Position numbers and translations under genes: made by a program. The notes beneath the pieces are model-generated. The model worked only from the letters and a program-made list of their open reading frames with translations, searched no databases and had not been told where the DNA came from. 64,000 bases of DNA from Octopus sinensis (taxonomy: Eukaryota): the NCBI RefSeq assembly GCF_006345805.1, contig NC_043003.1, positions 57,970,001 to 58,034,000 of the forward strand, written 5' to 3'. Shown piece after piece: positions 1-12,018 of the stretch (positions are counted from its first letter, which is position 1; the number at the start of each line of letters is the position of its first letter).

Positions 1-36
1 TTAATTAGAGTAAATGTAAAAACTGGCGCAGGCCTA

Positions 37-108
37 CTAAAACCACCGGCTGCAGCGGCAGCAGCAACACCATCGTCGAGGTGTCGGCGATGATGGTGAC
101 AGGCCGGC
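37..108 (-). CDS. Possible terminal exon fragment (AGLSPSSPTPRRWCCCCRCSRWF*); reading frame and strand ambiguous
   Basis: CpG-rich non-repetitive stretch at the window edge. Minus-strand acceptor ctacctactgtccatcag at 111-109, then 23 codons and TAG. Other frames are also open (+ frame 1 LIRVNVKTGAGLLKPPAAAAAATPSSRCRR*). Confidence 0.15.
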   Translation of the reverse strand, partial: AGLSPSSPTPRRWCCCCRCSRWF

Positions 109-665
109 CTGATGGACAGTAGGTAGAAATAGTAGAATCTGTAGCTAATGCTGGTGTTGGTGTTGGTGGTGGAAGTGACAGTATTATCAGAGGGGGTGGA
201 TGGGAGATGGTAATAATGATGTTATAATTGCTTTGGTTCTTGTGGATGGTCTTGACGGTGGTGGTGGTGGTGGTGGTGGTGGTGGTGGTATTAATGTGGT
301 GTTTTGTTGCCAAAGAGACCTGATAAATGATAAAGTACTAACTGATGTCACAGCCATTGTTGTTTTATTGATGTGCTGATGTATCACTTTAGAGAGAAGA
401 CAAAAAAAAAATCAAATCAAAAAAAAGATGATGGGTTGGTGGTGTAGGGTCAAGGGCTGGGTGGGTGGAGGTGTTGGTATGAAGGCTGGGTCTTTTGTGT
501 TGTATATAAATGCTTATGCAGTTACTCTTGCTGCTGTTGTTGTTGTCGATGATGTCTAAAGACACATCTGTGTCTCTTATTCATATATGCCAATAGACTT
601 CCACTTAATATGCATATTTGCACTCGACAGCAACCAGTGGTTTGAGACAGGGCCACATATAGAGC

Positions 666-871
666 AACCTTTTATATGGTCACCTGATCTGCTAGAAATA
701 GCAACCAATTCTTTCTTTGAATCACATCCTAAAGTCTTATATATGAAAATATTGTCTGGTGCACTACAACTCAACAGGGCCATGTATACAATAACCTTTT
801 ATATGGTCACTTAATCTGCTATAAATAGCAACCAATTCTTTCTTTGAATCACATCCTAAAGTCTTATATAT
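666..871 (+). repeat. Tandem duplication (about 127-bp period) of family E head (ctgctagaaatagca...)
   Basis: ccttttatatggtcac...ctgcta(g/t)aaatagcaaccaattctttctttgaatcacatcctaaagtcttatata occurs at about 668-744 and 795-871. Confidence 0.8.
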
Positions 872-876
872 TGAAC

Positions 877-930
877 TTATTGTATACAGTGCTCAGGTGT
901 ACAACTCATCTCAGGTGTACTACAACTCAT
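877..930 (-). mobile_element. 3' tip of CR1/L2-like LINE
   Basis: tacagtgctcaggtg...tacaactc matches the 3' ends of the copies at 12021 and 39212. Confidence 0.6.
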
Positions 931-1861
931 CAGAAAAGCTAGTCAAAAATACCTGAACAGTTCATAAAATAATGCACAAGTGATCAATGAATGAGTCATT
1001 TTTAAAAATGGGGGGGGGGCATCAGATGTAGAAGTACATATCAAAAACCAAGTCTCAAAAGGATTAAATTGAGCCTGTACACACAACCTGCTAGAAATTG
1101 CAGCCAAATCTCCCTCAAATTACACTTTACTGTCTTTAAGAAATGAAGGACTCTTAACAAGTTCATTGGGTGGTGGTGAAACAATTGCTGGGGCATAGAA
1201 TGTGAATGCTCCCTTCTCAGCCCCCACCCCCACCCCATTAACCTACTTAGCAAGTGAATTGGTGAAGAAGAAATTCCCCTTGTATTTAACTGGTACTGGT
1301 TTTATAAGTTATTGATTCTGAAAGAACGAAAAATAAAGTCACCCTTGGGCGAGTTTGAACTCAGGACCTTTAGAACCAGGACAAATACTGCAAGGCATGC
1401 TATCCAGTGTTGCAATGGCTAGGGTGCTAATCATCTGAAGTCTGCTCATTCAGGACTTAACCTGGGGTTAAACAGCAACAACAGCCAACATTATCTTTAA
1501 GTTGAGCTAATATGGGGCTTTTTCTTCATAACCATTTGATGGCTGTTAGTTTAAACTTTTCTCCACCTTCATTTTCTTTCTTTTAACTACATGTTAGACA
1601 CACACACACACACACACACAGAGTACACACACACACACACACACACAAAATGTATGTATGTTTATCTCTATTCTATGTACCTATATGTCTATTGACCTAT
1701 CTGTGTGTAAGTACATATATTTATGTATACATATATATATGTACATAATATATATATGTTTGTGTGTGTACATATGTATATGTGTATGATATATATATAT
1801 ATATATAGATGTACACACACACACACACATATATTTATTCATACATATATATATGTATATA

Positions 1862-2365
1862 TAAATTGATCAAAATAAAAATAAAAATAAAAACATGAGG
1901 CGAAGATTCAGCGGTACATATGTTTCGGGCCTTTATTAGACAGATTCATAACAAATCATAATGTATGTCTGTGGCCTTCTTCAGCCGCGCACAACAGCTT
2001 CCACAAGGACATGTGTGTTACTTCCGAAATTCTTGGTTGGGGATGCAAATCTTCTCGTTCCCGTACGACATAATGCGGCAGCAGCATCGAATTGAATCGT
2101 CCATCCCTTTCTCTCTCAGAAGAAAGGGATGCGATTCATTCGATGCTGCTGCCGCATTATGTCGTACGGGAACGAGAAGATTTGCATCCCCAACCAAGAA
2201 TTTCGGAAGTAACACATGTCCTTGTGGAAGCTGTTGTGCGCGGCTGAAGAAGGCACAGACATACATTATGATTTGTTATGAATCTGTCTAATAAAGGCCC
2301 GAAACATATGTACCGCTGAATCCTTCGCCTCATTTTTTATTTTTATTTTTATTTTGATCAATTTA
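1862..2365. mobile_element. Fold-back element / long inverted repeat (about 250-bp arms, loop of 8 nt or less), MITE-like
   Basis: 1862-2112 is the reverse complement of 2121-2365 apart from a few small indels and a substitution. Both ends are taaattgatcaaaataaaaat / reverse complement. A TA TSD is possible (ta|aattgatc...gatcaatt|ta). Confidence 0.85.
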
Positions 2366-2434
2366 CTCCACCACCTACACCACCAAACGGTATACACAGG
2401 TGCTTATAATTATCAAGTACTCACCCCGAATTTC

Positions 2435-2466
<32 letters not shown>

Positions 2467-2579
2467 AACACAAAGTTATTTTCTATTGCTGTCCATTATC
2501 TTGGTCAGTCCAGAGTAGAGAAGTATTAATTAAAAATGAAGGATTGTGTGTAATAATGTAAAGTGTTTGCATGTATGCA

Positions 2580-2634
<55 letters not shown>

Positions 2635-3424
2635 GTTGCTTCTATGGCTGCGTGCATGTTTTTGTAAATAACCCATCATCTCTCTTTACTCACAAACGGG
2701 TATATATTAAGTGTCCAAATATTTCTGGTGTCCCTGGTATTAATGCTGCCTAAACTATATGGTATGCTTCCAGCGGTCACTTGGTTGGTCAGTTAGAGTC
2801 CAGGCTGTCTTTGCCATACATGGCATGATATAACTATTGCCTATCACTGTCATCATCATCATCATCATCATCATAATCACCATCATCACCATCATCGTCG
2901 TCATCGTCATTAATCATACTCTTCTCTTTTTCGCTGTCCGTTATCAGGCACTAAAAATATCTCCTTTACTAAATGCTCACCCACATGACAATCGTGTTCC
3001 TGCTCCTTCACCACCACCATCACCTGCCTGCCCCTATTAAAGGATCAAGTTTGTGATTTCCGCATTACAATAATTCAGTGTGCGTGACTGTATATGTTTG
3101 TGTGTGTGTGTCTCTGTGTGTCTCTGTGGTGTGTGTGTGTGTGTGTGTGTGCCAGGAAGTAGAAAGGTATAATTTTTGATAGACTTAACCATTAATTTTC
3201 TCTGCTAAATCCATGATCAGCTGTTGCTGCTGTTACTGCCGCTGGTGCTGCTGGTAACCAGGAAGGTTGAAATCTTTCGGTCACTTCCCTCCATCCATTT
3301 GGTGGCATTGGCGGTAGTGTTAGCAGTGTTCGTTGTTGTAACATTAGCAGCAATGAAGATTATACCAGTGAGAGTAGTACATGTGGTAGTGTTTGTGGTG
3401 TTGCTGATTGGTGAGGGTCATGAT

Positions 3425-3579
3425 GGTCAAAGTAGTAGGGTAGTTGTAGCGTTAGTGATAGTAGTATTGGTGGTAGTGGCAGTGGTGGTTGGTCAATGTA
3501 GTAGGGTAGTTGTAGCGTTAGTGATAGTAGTATTGGTGGTAGTGGCAGTGGTGGTTGGTCAATGTAGTAGGGTAGTTGT
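3425..3579. repeat. 66-bp minisatellite, about 2.3 copies, within GGT/GTA-rich degenerate repeats
   Basis: ggtcaa(a/t)gtagtagggtagttgt... starts at 3425, 3491 and 3557. Confidence 0.9.
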
Positions 3580-3851
3580 GTTGGTGATAGTAGGTGTATC
3601 TGTGGTGATGGTGGTGGTGGTGGTGGTGGTGTTGCTGGTGATATAAATACTTATGATGACTCTGTTGTAGTATTACTTGGTGGTGGTGGTCATCATCGAG
3701 GTAGTCATGGAGGTGGTGATAGTCATGGTGGTGGTGATCGTGGTCGTGGTTGTGGTCATGGTTGTAGTAGTTGTAGTCGTGGTGATGGTGGTGGTAATTG
3801 TGGTGATGGTAGTGGTAGTAGTGGTGGTAGTTGTAGTTGTAGCCATGGCGC

Positions 3852-3885
<34 letters not shown>

Positions 3886-4149
3886 GTAATGTGTGAAGTA
3901 CCAGTTTTGCTTTGACTATCATCAAAGACATTCCAACCATGACTCTTTAGTCTTTTTTTTTTTTTCTCATTTACTTTATATCAGGGCTATATTACCTATT
4001 TGCAAGAGAGTACAGTTTATGTGTACAAATTTAGCTGCTATTTCTAGCAATTTGAGCCACCTCAAAAATTTACTTTGTAATGCGTTGGGAGTGGTGGTGG
4101 CGTCAGTGGTAGTGGTGTTGTAGTGGTAATGATAATGTGACACTCAACT

Positions 4150-4415
4150 TGCTAAAAATAGCAGCCAAATTTTCCTGAAATTTCATTCATTCTTCTATCT
4201 TCAAAAATATATAACAACAACAACAATAATAATTATAAAAAAGAGTGTCAGGGACATGTTCAGTAATTTGCTTCTGTGTGTCCCCCGCCCACCTCCATAC
4301 CTGAAAGAAAATGGAATGATCACGTCTCAGCTACAATGGCATGTGATCATAGGTCTGTTCTGTCAGGAGTGACTTGGGGGGGCCAAAGCTCAAAAACAAC
4401 AACAACAACAACAAT
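4150..4415 (+). mobile_element. Family E dispersed repeat with (CAA)n tail
   Basis: Head gctaaaaatagcagccaaat and tail gatcataggtctg...gacttgggg...caacaacaac. Related pieces near 1085, 11710, 16800, 40510 (-), 46050, 47890 (-), 54110. Confidence 0.6.
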
Positions 4416-4452
4416 AACAGCACAAATTAAAAGGAAAGCAAAGCAAACCTAA

Positions 4453-4522
<70 letters not shown>

Positions 4523-4530
4523 CATCATAT

Positions 4531-4562
<32 letters not shown>

Positions 4563-4951
4563 AATGTATATATAGATAGATACACATGCGCATAAAAACT
4601 ATATATATATATTTATGTAAATACGTGCACATAAAATAAATATGTATTTGTTCATTTTGTTTGCATCACATGCTTATTGTACAAGTTGCAGCAGAGAGGC
4701 TGGTAAAAATAACACATTATAATCTGTCTATAGAGGGTTTATTATAACCCTAATATGTGTGTGTGCATTAGGATTACAGCTGTATTCAAACAAGCTCGCT
4801 GCGCACCAACTTAGATGGAAATCATGATATTTTGGGTGTCACTTTGACATTGACTCCTCTCCTTCGGTGGAGTTTTTCCACTTTAAAATTAGAACAACTA
4901 ACTTCCTGTATGTGGGTGTATTGTGCAATTGTGATAGGTATATATATATAT

Positions 4952-5095
4952 GGCACTGATGTGGCTGTGTGGTGGTGAGAAGCTTGCTTCCCGACCAAAT
5001 GCTTCGGGGTTCAGTCCCTCTGTGTGGAACTTTGGGCAAGTGACTTCTGCTATATAGCCTGGGGCTGATCAAAGCCTTGTGAGTAGACTTGGTGT
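4952..5095 (+). mobile_element. SINE-A 5' half (tRNA-like head)
   Basis: gtggctgtgtgg...gggttcagtccc...ttgggcaagtg...aaagccttgtgagt, as in the full copy at 60552. Confidence 0.8.
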
Positions 5096-5115
5096 ATACA
5101 CATAAATATATATAT

Positions 5116-5678
5116 ACTCTTTACTCTTTCACTTGTTTCAGTCATTTGACTGTGGCCATGCTGGAGTACCACCTTTAGTCGAAGAAATCGACCCCAGGAC
5201 TTATTCTTTGTAAGCCTAGTACTTATTCTATCGGTCTCTTTTGCTGAACCGCTAAGTTATGGGGACATAAACACACAAGCATCGGTTGTCAAGCAATATA
5301 TATATATATATATATATATAAATAATGCATTCGAGCTTTGGTGTTGGAGAAGACTTTTACGGATTCCATGGACAGCGAGGCTCACCAATGGAGAAGTTCA
5401 TAAGCAGATCAGGCCGAAAAGGTCGCTAGAATCTAGGATCACCAAGCATAGATTGGCATATTTCGGTCATATTATGCGGAGAAAATCCCTGGAGAAGGAC
5501 ATCATGCTCGGAATGGTCAGTGGCAAGAGAAGAAGAGGCCAACCAAGAACCCGCTGGCTTGACACCATCAAGAGTGATACCGGAATGGATGTAGCCAATC
5601 TGAAAGAAGCGGCCCAGGATAGAACTGACTGGAGGACACTGATCCAATGAGTAACTGAGAGTCGATTTCGACTGAGTG

Positions 5679-5719
<41 letters not shown>

Positions 5720-5838
5720 ATATGCAGTGAACTTCTTTCAGTTTCTGCTTACCAAATCCACTCATAAGGTTTTTGTCGTGAAATGTAATTGAACTCCAGA
5801 CCACATGATTGAGAACAAAACTTCTTAACTACACAGCT
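5116..5838 (-). mobile_element. SINE-A split by an RTE insertion in its internal (TA)n
   Basis: 3' body at about 5116-5296 and degenerate head at about 5731-5838 flank the RTE. Confidence 0.7.
5318..5722 (+). mobile_element. 5'-truncated RTE (BovB-like) LINE: ORF C-terminus plus (TAGA)n tail
   Basis: Frame 5324-5683 reads NAFELWCWRRLLRIPWTARLTN...RLAYFGHIMRRKSLEKDIMLGMVSGKRRRGQPRTRWLDTIK...DRTDWRTLIQ*VTESRFRLSG*, which carries the RTE C-terminal motifs. One internal TGA at 5648. Candidate TSD ataaata at 5318-5324 and 5716-5722. Confidence 0.92.
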
Positions 5839-5906
5839 CTCTTTTGCTCTCTTATACTTGTTTCAGTCACTACGGGGACGTAAACACAGACACACAAACA
5901 TATACG

Positions 5907-5955
<49 letters not shown>

Positions 5956-6104
5956 CAGGCTTCTTTCAGTTTTTGTCTACCAAATCAACTCACAAGGCTT
6001 TGGTCGGCCCGAGGCTATAGTACAAGACCCTTGCCCAAGTTGCCACGCAGTGGGACTGAACCCGGAGCCATGTGCTTGGTAAGCAAGCTACTCACCACAC
6101 AGCC
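5838..6104 (-). mobile_element. SINE-A with internal deletion
   Basis: Tail, (TA)n core and head (gggactgaacccgg, cacacagcc) in minus orientation. Confidence 0.85.
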
Positions 6105-6937
6105 AATAAAGTGAGATATATATATGTACACCTGCACACATAAACCTCCGTTATTATGCACCTACCTATGCTATTGGGCTGCTGATTTCTATAAATTCAT
6201 CAAGAACACATAATTTAAAAATCTAGTCCGATTGATTAATAAATAACTCCTGCAAAAAAAGAAAAAATAACATTGTGTGTGTATGTGCGTGTGTGGCCAT
6301 GTCTATGTATGTACTATTATGTGAATGATGCCTCTATGTGTGTGAATGTACTTGTATTTGATGACTGTGTTAAGGATGTCTGTGTGTGTGTGTGTGTGTG
6401 TGAAGGTATATGTCTGTATCCCCAATGGAAATTACCATAGTTGATTCCAAAATGAGTGATTGTGGATACCAAAATTCTATAACCACAGCTGTAGGTGTTA
6501 ATATTGAAAAGAAAGGAGAAAAAAAAGTTGAAAATTAATAAATATAATCAGTTTTAATAATAATAATAATAATAATATTAACAATGACAACAACAATAAT
6601 AATAATAATAATAACAACAACAATAATATTAATAATAAAATAATAATAATAATAATTAGTATTGATATTAATAATAATTGTTCAATAGGAAATTGGCGAG
6701 CATGTGGCAGGAGGAGAGTGGGAGGGGAAGAGGGAGAGAGAGAGAGAAGTGAGAATGAGAGATTGCTTTTTCACTTTTTGTTTTTGTTTTTGTTTTTTTT
6801 TGTTTTTTAATTTAATGTGATTGGATGTTGCCGGTGCTGTTTTCCAGAATGATACAAGAGATATTGAATTGTGGACAACCTTGCAATATTAAAGAGCTGC
6901 TGTTTACATACATATCCACATTTATACATAATACATC

Positions 6938-6968
<31 letters not shown>

Positions 6969-7249
6969 GTATATAGAACAGGTGTTATAATATATATATA
7001 TATACTATATATATATATATATATATAGATATAATATATATATATAATATATATATATATATTTTATACATAGTGCTTAAATCTAATTAGCTCACTAAAA
7101 AAGTTGGTTGGTAATATACATATCAATTACATACTGGCAGATATTACAATATAGGGCCTTTCCATGTTGTTAGCAGCAGGATATTGGCAGAGCCAAAAAT
7201 ATACTACAGATTTATATTTATATACATATATATGATTTGTGTTTATATT

Positions 7250-7262
7250 TTATACATACATA

Positions 7263-7309
<47 letters not shown>

Positions 7310-7329
7310 CGATGATGATGATGATGATG

Positions 7330-7362
<33 letters not shown>

Positions 7363-7421
7363 CATACATATATATATATATATATCATACATATATATAT
7401 TATAATATATACATACATATT

Positions 7422-7478
<57 letters not shown>

Positions 7479-7950
7479 TGTATGTGTTATATATACAGAT
7501 GCTTGCATGCATACATGTGTACAGTTTTTTTATTTTTTGCTTCTTTCAGTCGTTGGACTGTGGCCATGATAAGGTTTTGTTGAACAATTCTGGTCCCCAG
7601 TACTTGTTTTGAAGAATTATTACGCTTATTCTGTCTGTCTGTCGGTTTTGCTGAACCTCTAAGTTACAGTGATGCAAACAAACCGACACTAGTTGTCAAA
7701 CAGTGGAGAAGACAAACAAAGACACCAACACATCTATCTATCCATCTCTTTATTATCTCTATCTATCTGTCTATCTACCTGCCTATCTATCTATCTCTAT
7801 CTGTCCTTCTCTTTATCTGTCTATCTCTATCTATCTACCTATCTATCTATCTATCTATGTATCTATCTGTCTGTCTGTCTATCTCTGTCTATCTATCCTT
7901 CTCTTTATCCTTCTATCTATCTATCCATTCATCTATCCATTTATCTATTT
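7250..7950. repeat. (TA)n/(GAT)n and (CTAT)n microsatellites around a SINE-A 3' body (7543-7720, minus)
   Basis: Direct reading; source of the spurious YIYI and SIYL ORFs. Confidence 0.9.
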
Positions 7951-8500
7951 CTATAAATTTGTTACAAAGGAAAACAAACACCAAGGCAAGACACCTCAAG
8001 TTATAATATGTTATCATTATTAAAAATAATTAAGCAGTATTTTTAATATCTATTTAAATTACCTGGGCATCTGTGTATATCCCACTGATGAGGCAGAGTA
8101 TATTTTTATACAGACCCAGAAATCTGGATCTGGGATTATCCAATAATTTTTTACTAGTTTTTGCTAGAAATTCACTCACTCAGCAATGGTTGGCCCGTGG
8201 CTATAGTAGGAAACACTTGACCAAGGTGCTACACATGGGGCTGAACCTTCGATCACATAAAGTTACTGGGATAAAATAAACAAACCATGTAAAATTGTTT
8301 ACTTTAGTGACAAAGCAGTGTTGTAATCTTTGGGATTTCCTTCTTTGTGTTGTTACTATGAAAGTTGTTGAGCCCTTTGGCTGAACTTTACAAAGGCAGC
8401 AGGGTGTAATTTGAGGAACGTTAGCTGTTGTTTCTAACTCATACAGGCTCCCCTCAAATGTGTGTGTGTGTGTACTTGTATGTCTGCATCTTGTCTGTAG

Positions 8501-8521
8501 GTGCATACTTAGGGAATACAA
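8501..8521 (+). CDS. Candidate 21-nt microexon (phase 1: GAYLGNT)
   Basis: tgtctgcatcttgtctgtag|GTGCATACTTAGGGAATACAA|gtaagt. TGC at -16 to -14, 52-nt AG-free zone upstream, consensus donor. Confidence 0.3.
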
Positions 8522-9457
8522 GTAAGTGCCTACCTACCCCCACACTTACATTGAAGTTCCCTCACACCCACCAAATTCACCTTGCCTCCCTTTCCTTCTT
8601 ACTTAAAGAAACCTTACCCCCTTCAACTGAGCATGCAACCCCCTCCATCCAGCCCTCCCACATGTACTTCAAGCAGTGGGGGGAATGGGTAATCCATGTA
8701 CCCTTTCTCCTTTACTTTGTGGCCTGGAACACATCTTCAAATAGAAGCACTATTCTCCCCTACACACACACATTTAACTCTCTGGTCTGTCCCCTCTTTC
8801 TCCCTTCCTAGCCAGCTCTGTTACAAAACCAAAAAAAAAAAATTTAGGGGCTGTCTCCTGGCACCTCTCCCTAGAACAGAGGTATACATTCTATTCCCAC
8901 TGCCCACCCCTCACCTGTATCACAGCCATGCTCTTATCCCCTGGTGAAGTTTTATGAGCCCTTATAAATCTAATATGACAAAATTCCTCCCCTCTTGTCT
9001 GCACCCCCACTATTCATGTATGTGTGTATATACATTCTATGCACACACATACACACCCACACACATTATATATAGATAGATAGATGTATACAATCACACA
9101 ATAGTTTTATATGTGTGTGTACACACACCTGTTAGCCTTCTTTTTCTACTTTGTTGAGAGATGTTATCATGTAGTTGTGGGGGAGGGGATATATCCAGGA
9201 AGGGGGAGGGATGAGGTGAGGGTTTGTTTACTGTGAGATTGTAGTGGCGGAGGGGGGGTGCAGCCTGTGTAATTTCAGTTTCAGAGACTTATGATGGTGA
9301 TAGTGGGAGATATAAAAAAAAGGTTTCCCCTAAGGTGATAGTTAAGTACATTATATATGTATATGAATATATATATATATGTATACACACACACACAGAG
9401 ATTTTATATATATATATATATATGTAACAGATATATATGTGTATGTGTGAGTATGTA

Positions 9458-9503
<46 letters not shown>

Positions 9504-9537
9504 AACAGATATATATGTGTGTGTGTGTGAGTGTGGT

Positions 9538-9619
<82 letters not shown>

Positions 9620-10154
9620 TATATATATAAGGTGGTTAAGTACAGCTTTGTACTAATAAATTATGACTTGGCTCCTGAAAAAGGTTGAGAGTTGGCAGTC
9701 AGGTGAACAGAGAGATATATACCCCTATCTCTTTGGTTGGCCCTTCATTACAGCCATTCATTTGTGATTCACTTTGTAGGAAGAGGAAAGAAAATACAGA
9801 GGAATTGGGGTAGCTATTTAACATTTCCCTAACCCCACAAGTTTCACCACTGTCCCCAAACATGATTTTATTGAATGAAAGTGATCTGCTAGAAGAAGTA
9901 GCAGTTATATCTCCCTCAAATCTGAGAGCAGGCTTGAATGAGTGTGTGGTTAAGAAGCTTCTTTTTGCAACCAGTTGGGTTTCACAGCTTCAGTCCCATT
10001 ATGTGGCACTTAGGCACTTATTGTCTTTTATTGTAGTCCTGGTTGACCAACAAATGCTTTGTAGAAACATGTCTTGGCTTATCAGCATGTCTTAACATGT
10101 TGAGTGATCTTTGTAAACAAAAGGCTCATTCATATGGTGTTCCTTATTCCTTTG

Positions 10155-10328
10155 TTCTTTCACTTGTTTCAGTCATATGACCCCAGGAGTTATCATTCTT
10201 TGTAACCCTAGTACTTGCTTTATTGGCCTTCTTTTGCCAAAACTGCTAAATTACGGGGGGGGGGGGGGCATAAACATGTCAACATCGTTTGTCAAGCAAT
10301 GTTGGGGTAACAAACACAAATACACACT

Positions 10329-10364
<36 letters not shown>

Positions 10365-10520
10365 AAACGGGCTTCTTTCAGTTTCCATCTACCAAATCCA
10401 CTCACAAGGCTTTGGTCGGCCCGAGGCTATAGTAGAAGACACTTACCTAAGGTGCCATGCCATGGGACTGAACCTGGAACCATGTGGTTGGTAAGGCAGC
10501 TGCTTACCAGAGCCACTCCT
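10155..10520 (-). mobile_element. SINE-A, near full length
   Basis: Tail, (CA)/(TA) core and head in minus orientation. Confidence 0.88.
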
Positions 10521-10524
10521 ATAT

Positions 10525-10573
<49 letters not shown>

Positions 10574-11435
10574 AACGTATAAACACAGAAAAAGCTGGTT
10601 GAACCATTGCCAGTATTTAGAAAGATGCACAGCACCAACATGCTGTGCTCTGGTTGAGACCCCCATGCCAACCTCTGCTTGGTCCCTACACCACTACTAA
10701 TAATCTGTGTGTGTGTACTGGAATAGATTGGGCAGTTGTGAAAAGGAAAAAAAAAAAGAAGCAACTGCTTTAAAAATTACTAATATCTACCACTACTACA
10801 ACTACTACCACTACTTCTACTCCTTCTTGTCTTTCCTCTCCCCCCCCCCCCCACAGTGCATACTCCCATCACTTGATTGCCCTTGTTTTCCAGCAGAATT
10901 AAACCCATTCCCTGCTTCTTACACATTCTAATTCTAGACATAAAATCAACAGGTTCTAAATATTCTTGCTTTAAAGATATGGTAAGGTAGCTAGCCTGGT
11001 GTTTTACCATCATTCCTGTCATCAAATCTCTATCAGGATTGCCTATCTGTCTGTCTGTCTGTCTATCAGTCCTTCCTCTTTGTAATGTCCCCCAGTATGG
11101 AATCTGTAAATGGTTTCCTTGGTTAGTTTTGATCCCCACTCACCCCCTCCTGTTCTCCCACTCACCCCTGTCTCTGCTCCAACTGACTTTTCTGTATTTT
11201 ATGGGCTTTGTTTCTCCCTTCAGCAGTAAAACTAACCAACAGGAAATGGTAAATGGTAAATGGTAAATGTAATATCAACACCACCTCAAATGGTACCGCC
11301 CCTTACCATTATCTCTCTACCACAGCAGTGCATTTGTCTTTCACCTTCTCCAACCCCACCACCATCACCACTGAACCAAGGAAGGAGTCCTTTACATGGT
11401 TTATTTGGCCTGCTAGAAATAGTAGACAAATTCCT

Positions 11436-11664
11436 TTAACCCTTTAGTGTTTAAACCGGCCAAATCCAGCCCAATATATTCTACATGTTTTATATTCAAA
11501 CTGGTGATATCTAGCCTCTCACTCCTAACCTACAATGCCATTCTGAAAATAAGCAATCACATCATTGAAACCTCAAAGCTATAAGATAATGCATGATTAA
11601 TTCAAAATAATTTGAGTGAAAAAGTATTACATTTAACAGAGTATTCTGAACACTAAAGGGTTAA
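11436..11664. mobile_element. piggyBac-type MITE with TTAA TSDs
   Basis: TTAA(11436-39) CCCTTTAGTGTT ... AACACTAAAGGG TTAA(11661-64): 12-bp perfect TIR. Related copies at about 13830-14180 and 48396-48623. Confidence 0.85.
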
Positions 11665-11979
11665 ACCTCACTTAATTAAATCCTAATTAAACAAACTGAC
11701 ATCAACATCTTACATTGGATGACTTACTATTGTATATTATGTCTGAATAAAAAGACAGGATGATCAAGACTCAAATGTATTTTAATCAGAAGCCCCACCT
11801 AATCAAGGCTGACCTAGGTGTAGACAACAACAGCAACAACAGCCATATTTAACCTTTTGTCTCCATATCTCTCTTGAAATACTCTGCTATTTTGCTTCAA
11901 TTAATTTCATAAATAATGAAGAATTTGGTAAAATAACTTTGACATTATTTAAGCATTATTAAACAGAGGCATGGGTGCA

Positions 11980-11984
<5 letters not shown>

Positions 11985-12018
<34 letters not shown>

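Noticed and set aside
1965-2291. ORFs across the fold-back element
   Set aside because: By-products of the palindrome; frames differ between the arms and no transposase motif was recognised
3217-3417. Minus-strand Thr/Asn-rich 66-codon frame with several N-x-T/S sequons (mucin-like), and the + Val-rich 140-aa ORF
   Set aside because: Embedded in degenerate ACC/AAC/ACT repeats that generate such peptides; upstream stops, no start codon, and weak splice sites
10938-10981. Possible 44-nt exon (IKSTGSKYSCFKDM, donor GTAAGG); similarly 27138-27171, 34243-34287 and a 47-nt minus segment ending at 61420
   Set aside because: One of the two splice sites is weak in each case, and short open frames are expected by chance; no recognisable peptide
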